The notes under the pieces are model-generated. The model was not told where the DNA came from. It ran no database searches and saw nothing but the letters and a program-made list of their open reading frames with translations. 64,000 nt of DNA. Origin: Selaginella moellendorffii. Taxonomy: Eukaryota; Plantae; Lycopodiophyta. This document shows, one piece after another, positions 51,837-64,000 of the stretch. The DNA lies in the NCBI RefSeq assembly GCF_000143415.4, contig NW_003314277.1, positions 259,183 to 323,182 of the forward strand. The letters run 5' to 3'. The position numbers and the translations under genes are program-made. How positions within the stretch are numbered: the stretch's first letter is position 1; each line of letters begins with the position of its first letter.

Positions 51837-54280
51837 CTTGTTAATTTCTGAGTAGTTTGGATGAATGTTTCCTAGATCACTTAAACATTTTTAAATTCAT
51901 ATGAAGTGGAGGAAGTCAACTTTGCTACTAATATATTGCAATACTTATAAGTAATACGTATATATGCTTTCTTTTAGATCTTGCAGTGCCTATCTAGAAG
52001 CATAAGATCCCAACATAATATATGCTCACAATCTATCACAATATAATCTCACCCATATTTTGTTAGATGTTAGTTGGACAAATTTGCACGAAACTAGAAA
52101 AGAATCTAACTATGCTCACCTAGATAAACATAAAGATGTTTTATTAAAATAGAAAATTGTTCAAATAGAAAAGATTGTAGCTTGTTGTGTTATTTTAGTA
52201 ATAAATTATAATCTTTCAAATTAATAAAAATAATTATTATAAAGTTATGGTGGCTGTTAACTACAAGGTTGGAGTGTCAAACCTTCTTTGTAAAAAATAA
52301 TAATGGGAACTAATATTTTTAACACTAAAGCCATAATATTATACTCTAGATCACTAAATCCAAGACTAAACTTTACTTCCAGCTTGGTATATCTTCAAAA
52401 CTCTCCCAAATGTAAAATAAATTATAATCAAACTTTAAAAATATAGTAGGAAAGTTCTTTAAATCTCCTTGTTAACAAAAACTTGTCAGTCGGGTATCAA
52501 TTTCCACACTAGAACTTGTATAGTTTAAAGAAATATTAGACAATAGCCAAGGAAAGAGGTTATAAAAGTGATAGGTGTGCTAGTCTGTCAAATAATTTTC
52601 ATTTCCTACATCCTCCTTTGCTGTCATATAGGGAGAACTTAAGCTTAAAATGGTTACTTCTCTTTAAGCCATCATATAATATATAATTTTTAGGGTCTTT
52701 TAGGTTTTATTTAAAATCTTGTACCTCAATACAGGAGGAGGAGGCTAGTTTGGGTTTAAGCCCAACTTCTATACCATATTAATTGGTGGAATATTTATAT
52801 CCTTGCATTGTAGCACTAGTATGTTGAAATAGTGCCAAACTTCTTTTCACTTTATTTTGCGTGTTGGTTTTACAATATGATACTAAATGCTTTAGGAGTG
52901 TTCTAATGTCTATACTCATGTTTCTATGATTTTGGCTCCATCTTTTCATTTAATGGCCTAAAGCTTTGAATTCAAGTTCTGCTCCACTACCCTTGGTCCA
53001 TGTGTCCAAAGGTTTAACTCTGTAATTATCTTATGGTAAATTACCATAGGGTAAAGGTTGAAAACCATGTGTAAAAGCACAATTTACCCAACTCAAAAAA
53101 GAGATAAAAAACACTTCTTTGTTAATCAAATTTGTTTAAGGCAATTGCAATGCCGTAAATAAGCCATAAGGCACTCTCCTACTCTAGGATTTGCCCTCAA
53201 ACTCTTTCAATCTTTCTAGAAGAAAAGATTTGACTCCTCAAGAATACTTTCATATTTAAGATCATTATTCCCATTGTGTTCACTAACAAGCCATAGAATG
53301 CTCACACACAAGCTTAGGGCTATTATATTGCCATTAGCAAGTTATGAGATATTTCTAGTGAAATTGTTTGTTGAGAGATCCATCACTTACAACCCCATGA
53401 GCAATGCAATTGCCAGGCAGTTTTAGAAAACACTCTTCATCTTAATTCTACAAGAACATTATTAAATATTGTTAAACACTTTTAAATGCTTCAAGAAAGA
53501 GGTGAGGCTCAACTTAACCCTTTTTGTTACTATCTCACGCTCCTAGCCAAATCTTTTATAACCAGATTGCAAATCCTTATCTGCGTGTAAGTAATTAAAA
53601 AGAACAATACAAAAAATGATGTAGTGCATGTGATTATAAGATGAGATTTAGATATATTATCATTATGGATCTTTGGAACCTTAAAGGGATAAAATAATTA
53701 ATAAGGGTTTTTTCATCAAGTAATTGACCTTTATTCAGTTAGCTTAAGGATAGTAAAAAGAGAAAGAGCTTATGAATAAGAGTGCAACACCTTTTAATCA
53801 ATTAAAGGTATTAAGATACTTTAGGTTAAACATTTTGAGTAGTTTTGTAATAGAAAATTCATGATAAACTACTTTAACTAGTTTTTGCCATGAGGTAAAT
53901 AAAATCAGGATTGAATATATTGCCTTTGCTCTTTTAAATAGTATTAGCAAGGAATCCAGCTCTGTTAGAAAATACAAAAGCAAATTAGTAAAATCCAGAA
54001 ATATAAGTATATCTCTTTTCTTCTGGTCATACACTTAGTTCCATATAAATCTATTGTGCTCCAATATAATATCAAACAACTGGCCACCCTCCTTTTCCCC
54101 AACCCTCTTCACAAGTGCTCTCTAGAGTCCCAAGGCATTTAATCTATTTAAATTTAGCACAAATGGTTTAGGGTTTAACCTTGTCTTATAATAACCCTCC
54201 TCATTAACTGGAACTAACCATAAGGGTGAAAGTAAATAATTTTTAAACTATATTTAATTGTATTATGTTACTTAAAAAGA

Positions 54281-56710
54281 TCACCAAAAATCTAAGCAGG
54301 AACACTTCCCCTCTTCAAAGTGGTGAAAACGATGGCAATCCCGGATGACAATCTTCCTTCTCGTCACCTTAGACATGAGCTTGGCTGCTGCATGGCAGTC
54401 GGAGCACACCCGCAGGTTCTTTAGAATCCTTATCGTCGTCCCGGGAGCAGTGGAGATCACTCCAAATGCAATCGCCAACTTCTCACTGTGGTTGAGCAGG
54501 AGCCTCCGCTTTTGCTCCTCGCAAACATCATGAAGCACCTCCCTGGTGTCCGGGACGTATCCTTGTTTCACCACCAACTCATGGAGCCTTCCAAGCTCGC
54601 GACGAATTTCCTGGTTTCGTACGTGGCTCGTGTCCCCGACCGTGAACTTGTGGAGCTTTCTGTCGATCTCTATCAAGCTAATCCCTGGCTGCTTCACAAC
54701 GTTCCTGTCCTTCATGAGCCTCCTCACTGCCTGGACGTCGCTCTCCATGCCGAGAGAAGCGTACAAGCTGGCCAGGAGTACGTAAGGAGAAGCGTTGCGC
54801 GGCTCCAGCTCAAACAGCCTGTGTGCTACCCGAGCGCCCCGTTCCACGTCTCTGTAAGTCTTGCACGCGCCGAGGAGGCTTCCGAGAGCCACTTCTAGAA
54901 AGCCCGAGCACCCGGCAGCCTGGAAGTCGATGAGTTCTTCGGCGGCGTCGAGCTCTCCCGTCCGTCCCAGGAGGCTCACCACAGACTGGTAGTGATCGCT
55001 GCTCGGTTGCAAGCCGTGGTCGCTACTCATGGACTGGAAGTATTGGACGCCCGTGTCGAGGAGTCCCAAGTGGCTGGACGCCACGAGAATGCTCATGAAG
55101 GATATAGAGTTTGGTCGGAGGCCTTCGACGAGCATTGCATGGAAGCTCTCCAGAGCGTTTCGGCATAGCTCATGCTCTTCGCTGGTGTCGACCGTGTGCC
55201 CCTCGCTCGAGCTCGGGCTCGTATGCCCGCTGTGGGCATATCCGCCGATGAGCGAGTTCCAAGTTGCCACATCCCTCTCGAGCATACTGTCAAAGAGCTC
55301 CTTTGCTTCTTCCATCCTCCCGTTGTGAGCATAAGCCGCCACCATTGCGTTCTGGGACACTAAGTCCGGCTCTTCAATGCAGGAGAAGACGGTTCTTGCC
55401 TCCTCGAGCTGGCCATACTGAGCGTAGAACACCAGCATCACTGTCCTCGAGACGGAGTTGTGCTCGGGAAAGTTCTCGTAGAGGCTGCTGGCTTCTTCCA
55501 GAAGTCCTCCCTCGGCATAGGCATGTAGCAAAGTGATCCACGAGATCGTGTTCCTCATCGGCATTACGTCGAAGGCACTCTTCGTCTTCGAGATCTGCCC
55601 AGCCCGAGAGTTCGCTAGCAGAAAGAAGTTCCAGGAGACAACGGTGCGTTCTGGCATGCTGTTGAAAAACTCGCGAACCTGGTCGAGGTTCCCGCTGTGG
55701 TGAACGAGCGCCCTGATCATGCAGTTCCAGGAGATGATGCTCCGCTGCGGCATTACCTCGAACACCATCCTCGCGCTGTCAAAGTCTTCATTGTCCGCAT
55801 AGGCCGTCAGCATCGCAGTCCAAGAGACGACGTTACGAGAGTCGGCCTTGGCCTCGAAAATGCCTCTGGCTCGCTGCAGCTGGCCGTTTTGAGCGTAAGC
55901 CTCGATCATAACAGTGAGAGAGACCTCGCTCAGCTCGGGCATGCCACCAAAGAGCTCCTGGGCTTCCTCAAACCTCCCACCGCGGTAACAGGCCTCAACC
56001 ATTGCCGTCCACGACACCACCGTCCGTCCAGGCATAAAGTCGAACAAAGCTCTCGCCTCTCGCAAGAGCCCGTTCTCAACGTAGGCCGAAAGCATCGCGT
56101 TCCACGCGATAACATCCCTCGCCCCGGCCCTGTCAAAAACAGCCTTGGCATCGGCCACCCGGCCAGCCTGACCATACGCCATTACCATCTTCGTGCGTGC
56201 CACCACGTCCGGTTCGTGCATCATGGCGAAAGCTCTCTCGGCCTCCGAAAGATGACCGTTCTGGGCATACGCGTTCACCATAAAGCTGAGCGTCACCACG
56301 TTCCACTCGGGCATCCTGTCCATAAATCCCCTGGCCTCGACCAAGTACCCCTTCTGTGCGTGCGCTGCAAGGATGTTGTTCCACGCCGAGACGTTCCGTT
56401 GCGGCATGCTCTCAAACATTACCCTGGCGTCACCGAGATACCCGTTGCTTGCCAAGGCCGTCATCATGCAAGACCACGAGTACGCGTTCTTGGGATTTAT
56501 CTCCTCGAACACCCGCTGTGCGTCATCTGGGCACCCGCATTTCCCGTACATTTGCACGAGCAAGTTGGCGAGGAAACCATCCTGTACTACGCCACCCCCG
56601 CCGCTGTCCAAGATATGCGCATGGACGCGCTTGCCTCTTGCGAGGTCTTTCGCGTCGCTGCAAGCTCGCACCAGCTTCGCAAACTTGTCCCTGTCCAGCC
56701 TCTGTGCCAT
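54281..56710 (-). CDS. PLS-E-DYW PPR protein (organellar C-to-U RNA editing factor type)
   Basis: 809-aa intronless ORF with PPR repeats, PG box (KQPGISLIE), HSEKLA, KNLRVCSDCH and terminal DFW. Confidence 0.96.
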   Translation of the reverse strand: MAQRLDRDKFAKLVRACSDAKDLARGKRVHAHILDSGGGGVVQDGFLANLLVQMYGKCGCPDDAQRVFEEINPKNAYSWSCMMTALASNGYLGDARVMFESMPQRNVSAWNNILAAHAQKGYLVEARGFMDRMPEWNVVTLSFMVNAYAQNGHLSEAERAFAMMHEPDVVARTKMVMAYGQAGRVADAKAVFDRAGARDVIAWNAMLSAYVENGLLREARALFDFMPGRTVVSWTAMVEACYRGGRFEEAQELFGGMPELSEVSLTVMIEAYAQNGQLQRARGIFEAKADSRNVVSWTAMLTAYADNEDFDSARMVFEVMPQRSIISWNCMIRALVHHSGNLDQVREFFNSMPERTVVSWNFFLLANSRAGQISKTKSAFDVMPMRNTISWITLLHAYAEGGLLEEASSLYENFPEHNSVSRTVMLVFYAQYGQLEEARTVFSCIEEPDLVSQNAMVAAYAHNGRMEEAKELFDSMLERDVATWNSLIGGYAHSGHTSPSSSEGHTVDTSEEHELCRNALESFHAMLVEGLRPNSISFMSILVASSHLGLLDTGVQYFQSMSSDHGLQPSSDHYQSVVSLLGRTGELDAAEELIDFQAAGCSGFLEVALGSLLGACKTYRDVERGARVAHRLFELEPRNASPYVLLASLYASLGMESDVQAVRRLMKDRNVVKQPGISLIEIDRKLHKFTVGDTSHVRNQEIRRELGRLHELVVKQGYVPDTREVLHDVCEEQKRRLLLNHSEKLAIAFGVISTAPGTTIRILKNLRVCSDCHAAAKLMSKVTRRKIVIRDCHRFHHFEEGKCSCLDFW

Positions 56711-57721
56711 CCGGAAATATCACTACCATATCTCTCGCCTGCTGCTGCTCCTCCTGCTGGAAAATGACGATCCCATTTATCTCTGTAACTATCTGTCCGT
56801 CAGTGCTAACTCCCACCTTGCTTCGTATCCACCTGTCTATCTGTGCCGCTATCGCTATTCGCTAACACCCAGCTTGGCTTGACTGATAGGCCCGAGCCGG
56901 GCATAGCACTTCGCACGGTAGACAAACGGCTTCACCATGCCCGAAGAGGTAAGCCATCGTACGCCAAGTACGCCTCTTTTGTCGACACTCGCAAAGGCTA
57001 CTCCGCCATCCACATGCATAGACCGGGCAGCAAAAGTTGCTCCACATAAATAGCTATCAGCACCACAGCGGCAGGAGCAGCAGCAGCAGAGAGCTCCAGC
57101 TCCAGAAAAGAAAAGAAAGCCTGCCTGCCTTCACCAGTGTCAAATCAATCAGTCGTGGGGAATACTAGGAGAAGTAGAAGAGAGAAAGCTCACTTAACTG
57201 ACTTAAGCTCGGTGCGCGACTCCGCTGATGATATGTTGCATAACGCAGCATGTGAAGAACACAGTGGAGGTGTCGACGTCTGCAAGCTCTGGTGATGCTC
57301 TTTTAACTTTGCTCTCGTTTCGGTACTAGCGGCCCAAGGACTTTTACCAGAAGAGCCACCCATTCCTTTCGTCCTTCAGTTGCGTGCTGGATTAACGGGC
57401 CCTCAGGAATCTCTCCAGATTGCAGGCAAAGGAGAACGCTGCTGTGATTGTGATGCCAACCCTGTAACCTCCCTCGCGTATTACAGACCGCGGCACGATA
57501 TATAGGACGATGAATTTTGGCTTCCAGCCGCAGTAGCCAGGAGCTGGAGCAGCATAGCTACGAGTGTCCTCAAAACTTGGTCCACTGGAGAAGAATCTTT
57601 CCATAGAACTCTGCTGTCAGCGCCACCAAAGATATGTTGTTTTCGGTCTTATAGGATGCTGCTGCTGCTGCTGCTGCTGCTGTTTGTCTCTAGAGTCACA
57701 AGCCTTGCCAATGCCGGTAGC

Positions 57722-58260
57722 ATGGTTGTCTCCAACAAATTCTCCTGCTGGCTGCTGATCTCACTCCTCCTCCTCCAGCTCGCTAGTCTCACAACTCCGA
57801 GTCCTTTCCCCCGGGGTAATAATTCGCTATTCATGTCCCTTTGTCTCAATATGCCAGCTGATGCCATTGTTGTCGTTCGTGCTGTGCAGGAAGAAAGGAT
57901 GACCCTCGTCGCCACGACAATCAAAGCCTGGCAAGGGTGATTGCCACAGCACCGGGATCCAAGCCTCCGAGTTGTCTCAACAAGTGCGACTCTTGCACTC
58001 CATGCCAGGCAGTTCAAGCGGTACAAGAAGCTCCGGACACTGTTATAACGGGTATAGGCTCCAGGCCACCGAGCTGCCAGAATAAGTGCAACCGATGCCT
58101 CCCTTGCCAAGCAGTCCAGGTTCCCACCCCCGATCCCAAGGATGAGGAGGCCAAGCGAGTTTCTCCGGCGAAAGATGAACGTGAGGCGGCTGCTCTTTAC
58201 TCCAATTACAAGCCCAAAGGATGGAGGTGCCAATGCGGAAACAAGCTCTTCAATCCGTAG
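57722..58260 (+). CDS. EPFL: EPIDERMAL PATTERNING FACTOR-like secreted peptide, 2 exons (57722-57815, 57890-58260)
   Basis: Signal peptide, then IGSRPPSCQNKCNRCLPCQAVQVP...YSNYKPKGWRCQCGNKLFNP. An upstream in-frame ATG at 57656 is possible. Confidence 0.9.
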
Positions 58261-59987
58261 ATAGCAGTAGTGTTCCTGTTTGCGTTTGTGGCATGTCAGT
58301 TCTAGCATAGAGTGTAAGATCGAGAATGTCTGTTTGTTTTACCGAGAAAAGTAGACTTTTTTCCGAGAGTGCTCGGCCTCTTACTGTGACGATAGCTGAG
58401 CGAAGAACACGTTCATGGGAAGGAACAAAGTTCGTCGTTGACATGCGGCGTGGTCCGTCCATCGCCAAACGAGTTTAGCACCAAAGCTCATTTGACCGGC
58501 CTCGTACAGACCACGCATTATTTCGCTGAGAAGTCTTCCGTACCTGGTCGGATTGGGAATAGACTTCGTATCAATGTGACGCCGGCCGTCAGTTGCATAC
58601 AGCTGTCTGGATTCAGCACCTAGAAATCAAACCTCCACAAGTCATGCGTCCATTTCCAGAGGCCAGTGTAAAATAATCTTACTCTTGAATCTGGAGCCGA
58701 TTCTTTTAGCTGGGTAAGAAGACGAGATGCTTGCGCTTTCAGCCTCCTGCAATTACAGTGGATCAGCGATGTTTAGATAAACGGAAAGGGATACAAGCAA
58801 AGGACGGATTCAATCGGATCCCTCTTAGAGCTTTGAAGTGGAGTCATTTAATACCTCGGGTCCTTTTCTTGTTCTTCTTCTCCAGAGCAGATGTTACAGT
58901 TCGACAAGCCCGAAAGCAAGGTCCATTAAAGTCGACAGTCTGGAAAATGTCAATGTTTGATGCTTTAAAGCTGCTAGTCCGAGCAATGTGTTGGATCCGA
59001 GCATTTAACGTCCCAAATTTTAAGCCACTGCAATATAACAAGAAAAATACTGTTAGTTTTTTTAACACTCTTTCAAAACTTCTCTGCATATCAACAAAGC
59101 CAGAACAGGAAAAAGAACTCACCGACGCTTGTCCGAATTCTTCACTGTAAGGCCCTGAAATATTTATCTTGTCGGAGGATATTTTTGTGATGCTGCTCAG
59201 AGAAATTTCTAGAGGGGGGCTTTCCGCCAGTGCTAAAAGGCCATGGCTTTCTATATCGCGAAGAACGGGCTTCCTGTTACATCAAACAAAGTGGGATTTA
59301 CGTATCAGAATAAAACAATACCTTCACAGATTGTCCATGATGCGATTCATGCAGAAACATTCAAGAGGTCTTGTCCACGCACGGTTTTCATCTCTGAAAA
59401 GATGACGGTACTGGTGGCAGGAGGAGGGACCAAAACCTGCAACAAAACAATGGTTAGCTGCAAGCGAGAGTGATCGACACTAAAGAGATTTGACTCGACC
59501 ATACCTTGTAGAAACAATCCTTAATCTACGTTTTGCGTGGTTTTAGATCGAATATCTTGGATCTGGGAGAAGCTTGCCTAAATCGCCAAGTTATCCCGTG
59601 TTGAGGAATACAAGTACCTGAAAAAAAAATTGTTAGTACAGAACAGAAGGCGAATAAGAAGAAGAAATGAAGTAGCAGGAAAAAAAAAAGTGGCAAGGAC
59701 ATAGTGATCGCATAAAGGACTAGTGGAATTCATTCGACTTGTCGCTTTGGATAAAACATGCAAGAACCTCGCAGATAAACACGAGCTATTTGGATTCTTA
59801 AGAAACATACCGCGCCATAGACTCAATCTTACCCCACATTGGAAAAAAATCGACAAGCTGCGATTTTTCCAACGCGATTCTTACCTCGCCTGGCGAGATC
59901 GACGCAAGGAACCCTATCGATTGCTCGAAAGCCCTAAATCTTCCCCCCAATATTTTCAAATTTGGGAATTTCTTAGGGTTCTTGGCC

Positions 59988-61678
59988 ATGGCGAGGAAAA
60001 TCCAGCTGACGCTTCTAGGATGCGGGGGCGTCGGGCGCCAGCTCCTCCGCCACATTGTCTCCACTCGTAAACTACACGAAGATCAGGTATCTATTCGCCT
60101 ATCGCCCAAGATTTCTCTCTTTGAATCAAATGCTCAGGGTTTGCGAGTCGCTGTGATGGCTGTAGTGGATTCCAAATCCATCGTTTTGGGTGAGAAAAAC
60201 GAAGAACTGGACGACACTGCTCTTCTGCAAATTTCTCTTGCGAAGGAAAAGAACAATCAAATGCCCGGTACATGTCTGTTTTTATTTTCCTTTTCTTTAA
60301 ACGATGAAAGCTCAGCTGGATTGAATGCGCGAGCCGTTCGCAAGGAATATTTTGATGCAACTCTAGCAGCTGCGATAAGAACCATCACAGAAGAAACTGG
60401 TAAAACTTTCCTTTCAACTTTTTTGATGGATGATCATGCACCTTTTTTTCTTGTTTATCCTACAGGTCGTCCTTTGGTTGTAGCTGACTGTACCGCAAGC
60501 GAAAAAATTGGACAAGCACTTGCAGAGATCGCGGACTTGAATTGCTGCATTGTTCTTGCGAACAAGAAGCCTCTCACCAGCTCGTTTGTAAGATCGTTCT
60601 TTTTTTGTTTCTTCTTTTTTCCTTGACCCATGGCTGCAGAACGTTTACGATAGGATTGCAGCACTGAATCGACGTTATCGCTGTGAATCAACAGTTAAGC
60701 AAGAAGTATTTGTACGTACATTTTACAAACATTTCTCAAGCAGGTCGGTGCTGCTCTGCCAGTCATAGCAACTTTGAACCGTCTGCTAAATTCCGGAGAT
60801 TCGATCAGGAAAATTGTTGGTGCTCTCAGTGGTTTGTCCTTTCATTCCCATAAAAAATTTGCCACTTCTAACGTCCTTTGTCAGGCACTCTCGGCTTTGT
60901 AATGAGTCGGTTGGAGTATGGTGAATCGTTTAGTGATATTGTGAGACAAGCGAAAGAGCTTGGTTACACCGAGCCAGGTAGCTATCTTTCTTTTCTATTT
61001 TTCGTGTAGTTTATTCTTACGCTTTCAGACCCTCGTGATGATCTTGGCGGTATGGACGTAGCAAGGAAGGTGAAATCACTTGCTACTATCTCGTGAATGC
61101 AACATGACTTCTTTCATTTTTCAGGCGCTTATAATGGCTCGACTAATGGGATGGAGAATAAACTTAGAGGATGTGGAGGTACTCACTTTCTTTGGTTGGA
61201 TTCCTCTTAGTGACGTGCTGCTTAAAGGTTGAGTGCTTATATCCGCCAAGTCTGGCTCCCAAACTGATGAGCACCATGCAATTTCTAAAAGGACTACCCG
61301 AACTCGACTTGCCAATGAGAAACCGTGTGAAAGAAGCAGCTGCTAGGGGTTGTGTTCTACGATATGTGGCGACGATCGAAAACTTTCAGTAAGTCAATCC
61401 GCCTGAGCTTACCAAAAACCTGTCCTTTGCTTACAGTTGCAAAGTGGGAATTGTAGAGCAGCCTCAGCAGTCCGCTCTCGGTCAGCTGCATGGAAGCGAT
61501 AATCTGGTAATTGTATAGAGCTTGTGCGTTTCCTGAAACTTTGTTCTTGCAGGTCGAGATTTTCACGCGCTGTTATTCGACATCGCCTCTTGTTATTAAG
61601 GGAGCCGGGGCAGGCAATGATACTACAGCCGCTGGTGTGTTAGCGGACGTTTTGGACCTCCAAGACTATTTTGGCTAG
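59988..61678 (+). CDS. Homoserine dehydrogenase-like protein (stand-alone), multi-exon
   Basis: [61 protein letters not shown]. Confidence 0.93.
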
Positions 61679-61776
61679 GTATCGAATCTTAAGCAAAATC
61701 GAACTTTTTAATAAGCCTTCCTATTCTTGCTTCATATAAGGGAGAGAACGTAGGAGACAGATTTCTGCACAGAGAA

Positions 61777-64000
61777 ATGTCGTCCCAGCGAATGTTTATC
61801 GAGCACCTGCGTCGCGACCGCTTTGGAATCGGCCAGTCCGGTCCCAATCCTCTCGCTCTCATGCTCCAGGAGACGATCAGGCTCCTCTCGGCCGAGCTCT
61901 ACCAGAAGGACATCCATTTCCTGTCCGAACTCCTCCAGGTACTTTGCTCGAACTTGGTTCTGTACCTGACAAACATGAGCGTCATAGAACGCTGAGGACA
62001 ACACTTACCATTCGTCCGTGGAGCCGAGCATCGAAATCTATCTCACAAAGACCGACGTCACTGGCACTGGAGCAGCTGCCACGCTGCTGCTCTTGAACAA
62101 CGAAGTTGGTTTCTCGGAAAAGAATATAGAGTCCTTGTGCGGCGCTGGTCAGTCCACAAAGAAAGGAAAGAAATCTCAAGGATACATTGGCGAGAAAGGT
62201 GAGATAATTCTTTCTTACCTCTCCCTCTCTAGCCGTGGTAACGTCTCTTGCTCGTACAGGAATTGGGTTTAAGAGCGTTTTTCTCGTCACCAAGCAGCCG
62301 TATATAATCACCAATGGCTTTCGTATTCGTTTCGACGAAGAGCCCCACAACGAGGCCAAGCTCGGGTATATTGTCCCGGAATGGGTCGACCGTCCTACAG
62401 ACGCTGTGCTGCAGAAGGTCTGTAGCAAGACCGAGCTTCCTGCAACGGTGATCATCCTTCCCTTGCGTCAGGAAAAGATTTCGGAGGTGGCAAAACAGCT
62501 TACTCAAATCCCAGCGGAGACGCTCCTCTTCTTATCGAAGATACGCATGCTCTCCATCTACGATCAGCAGTCGCGGCCTCCCACGGAACTGGTTCTCTCC
62601 AGATCTGTGGAGATGACAACGTCAAAGAATGGAAGCGTGGAAACGAGCACAACTTTTCTGACAGCTAGTAACGGACGGAATGGCACTCAGCACAGCAACT
62701 ACTACATGTTTAAGCAGACTTTGAAAGTACCTGAGGAGGCCAAGGTTGAAAAGCGAAAAGATGTCGATAGCTGGACGATCACTCTAGCCTTTCCGGTGGA
62801 TGATCGTATCTCGAGCAGCTGCAGCATTGGCGATATCTTCTCGTTCCTGCCTTCCGATATCCACTCGGGCCTGCCGTTTCTTATCAACTCGGACTTTTTG
62901 CTCGTTTCCTCCCGTGAGACGCTCCTCTTTGACAGCCCCTGGAACCAGGGGATCTTTCGCTGTGTTCCCGAGGTTTTCTACAACGCCTTCGAGCTTCTCC
63001 TCAACACCACGGCGTTTGGACTGCAGAGTATACCGTCAGTAGCACGCATGGCAATGTACAAGTACGTACCTGTGACTGCTTGCCGCAACTCGTACCTCGA
63101 GAGAGTCCGCAACGATATCTTGTCCAAGCTGAAGGACAACAACGTCATTCTTTGCGCCTCGGACGTCGGCCGTGCACCACCGAGCGGGCAGCTTTGCAAG
63201 CCTGCTCTTGCGAGAAAAATCGCCCCCAGCTTCCGAGAGCTCCTCAAAGCCGCACCGAAGTGTCCCAGGTTCTTGCGAGGAAGTCCCTGGTTCTTGCGAC
63301 GAAGTTCCTCGTACATAGTGGACAGCACGCTGCAGGAGAACTACGGCTCGGTGCTGAGACTCCTGGGAGTCCCAGATATGAGCAACGATGAATATCACCA
63401 AAGCCTCGACTCTGAAGACTGGATGAGATCGCTCCCCGACGATGCATATGTCAAGCTGCTGGTGTTCCTGTCCTCCAAGTCGTCAACTTTGAGATCCCTC
63501 AGGTTTCTCAAGTATCGAGGCTCCGATGGTCGACTCCAGTTGGCAAGCATGGATGATCTCGCGCGAAACGATGGCAGATCCATGTACTGGGATTCTGGTC
63601 ACAGAGCTACCGCTTGGCTCGCTGGTTGGACAGAGGTGTTTCAACGTTGGCTAACTTTCAACTTCGTTCCATCGGCCTGCGCTGCAAAAATCCGGCAGCA
63701 CTCGGTGTTAGAGAACTGGTTGGAGAGAACCCCCTTCAGCGTGAGCGAACTGACAGCATGCTCACTCGCTCGTCAGGTTCTTGGAGCAGTCACTGCGAAC
63801 TCCTCAAATGCAAAGCTTGCTGTTCTAGCGATGCACTTCCTGTTCGACCTGTACAGAAACGACCGCAGCTCGTACACATCCATCAGCAACCAAAAGCGTA
63901 ATGAACCAATCGTCGAGAATGACGGAGCCGTGAGTCCCTATGTTGCGAGTTATGTTTCAACGCGTCCATTGTTGCTACCGGCGGCTTGTGGAGCGAAGTG
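61777..64000 (+). CDS. Sacsin/NOV-like GHKL (HATPase) domain protein, 3'-truncated by the window edge
   Basis: LSAELYQKDIHFLSELLQNAEDN, NNEVGFSEKNIESLC, IGEKGIGFKSVF, LGYIVPEW, GLPFLINSDF. Confidence 0.88.

Noticed and set aside
55697-56767. 356-aa plus-strand ORF and other antisense ORFs over GC-rich genes
   Set aside because: Shadow frames of the real PPR, PAT and TBC genes; no recognisable motifs.
57657-57682. (CTG)n microsatellite, and the His-rich tail of the acyltransferase at ~18565-18630
   Set aside because: Ordinary simple repeats with no further structure.

Overview
Eukaryotic plant nuclear DNA. The very short GT-AG introns, tight gene packing and PLS/DYW PPR genes suggest a lycophyte such as Selaginella (inference). 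Left part (1-14.5 kb): the C-terminus of a spherulin-4/GH135-like gene, a PPR-DYW pseudogene, and a nested stack of mobile DNA. That stack is an old inverted-repeat unit carrying pirin fragments, interrupted by a TIR-bounded Mutator-like element (SWIM/MULE transposase), itself interrupted by a young full-length Ty3/Gypsy chromovirus (1148-bp LTRs, GTTCA TSD). The most striking observation is that this retrotransposon's integrase is split by two short canonical spliceosomal-type introns. It also has a third candidate intron at the gag/protease junction and a densely hairpinned 3' UTR with two tRNA T-loop/B-box motifs. Middle (15-32 kb): TBC Rab-GAP, DHHC acyltransferase, phytepsin-type aspartic protease, PPR, ALKBH9-like dioxygenase, saccharopine-dehydrogenase-like gene and a GDSL lipase. 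32-49 kb is an AT-rich graveyard of decayed retroelements with one intact solo LTR. 49.5-52.5 kb is a mosaic duplicate of the ALKBH/SDH/GDSL block with a 100-N gap. Right part: a complete PPR-DYW gene, an EPFL peptide with a duplicated cysteine half-domain, homoserine dehydrogenase, and the start of a sacsin/NOV-like HATPase gene. All family calls come from motif recognition by eye; no database search was run.
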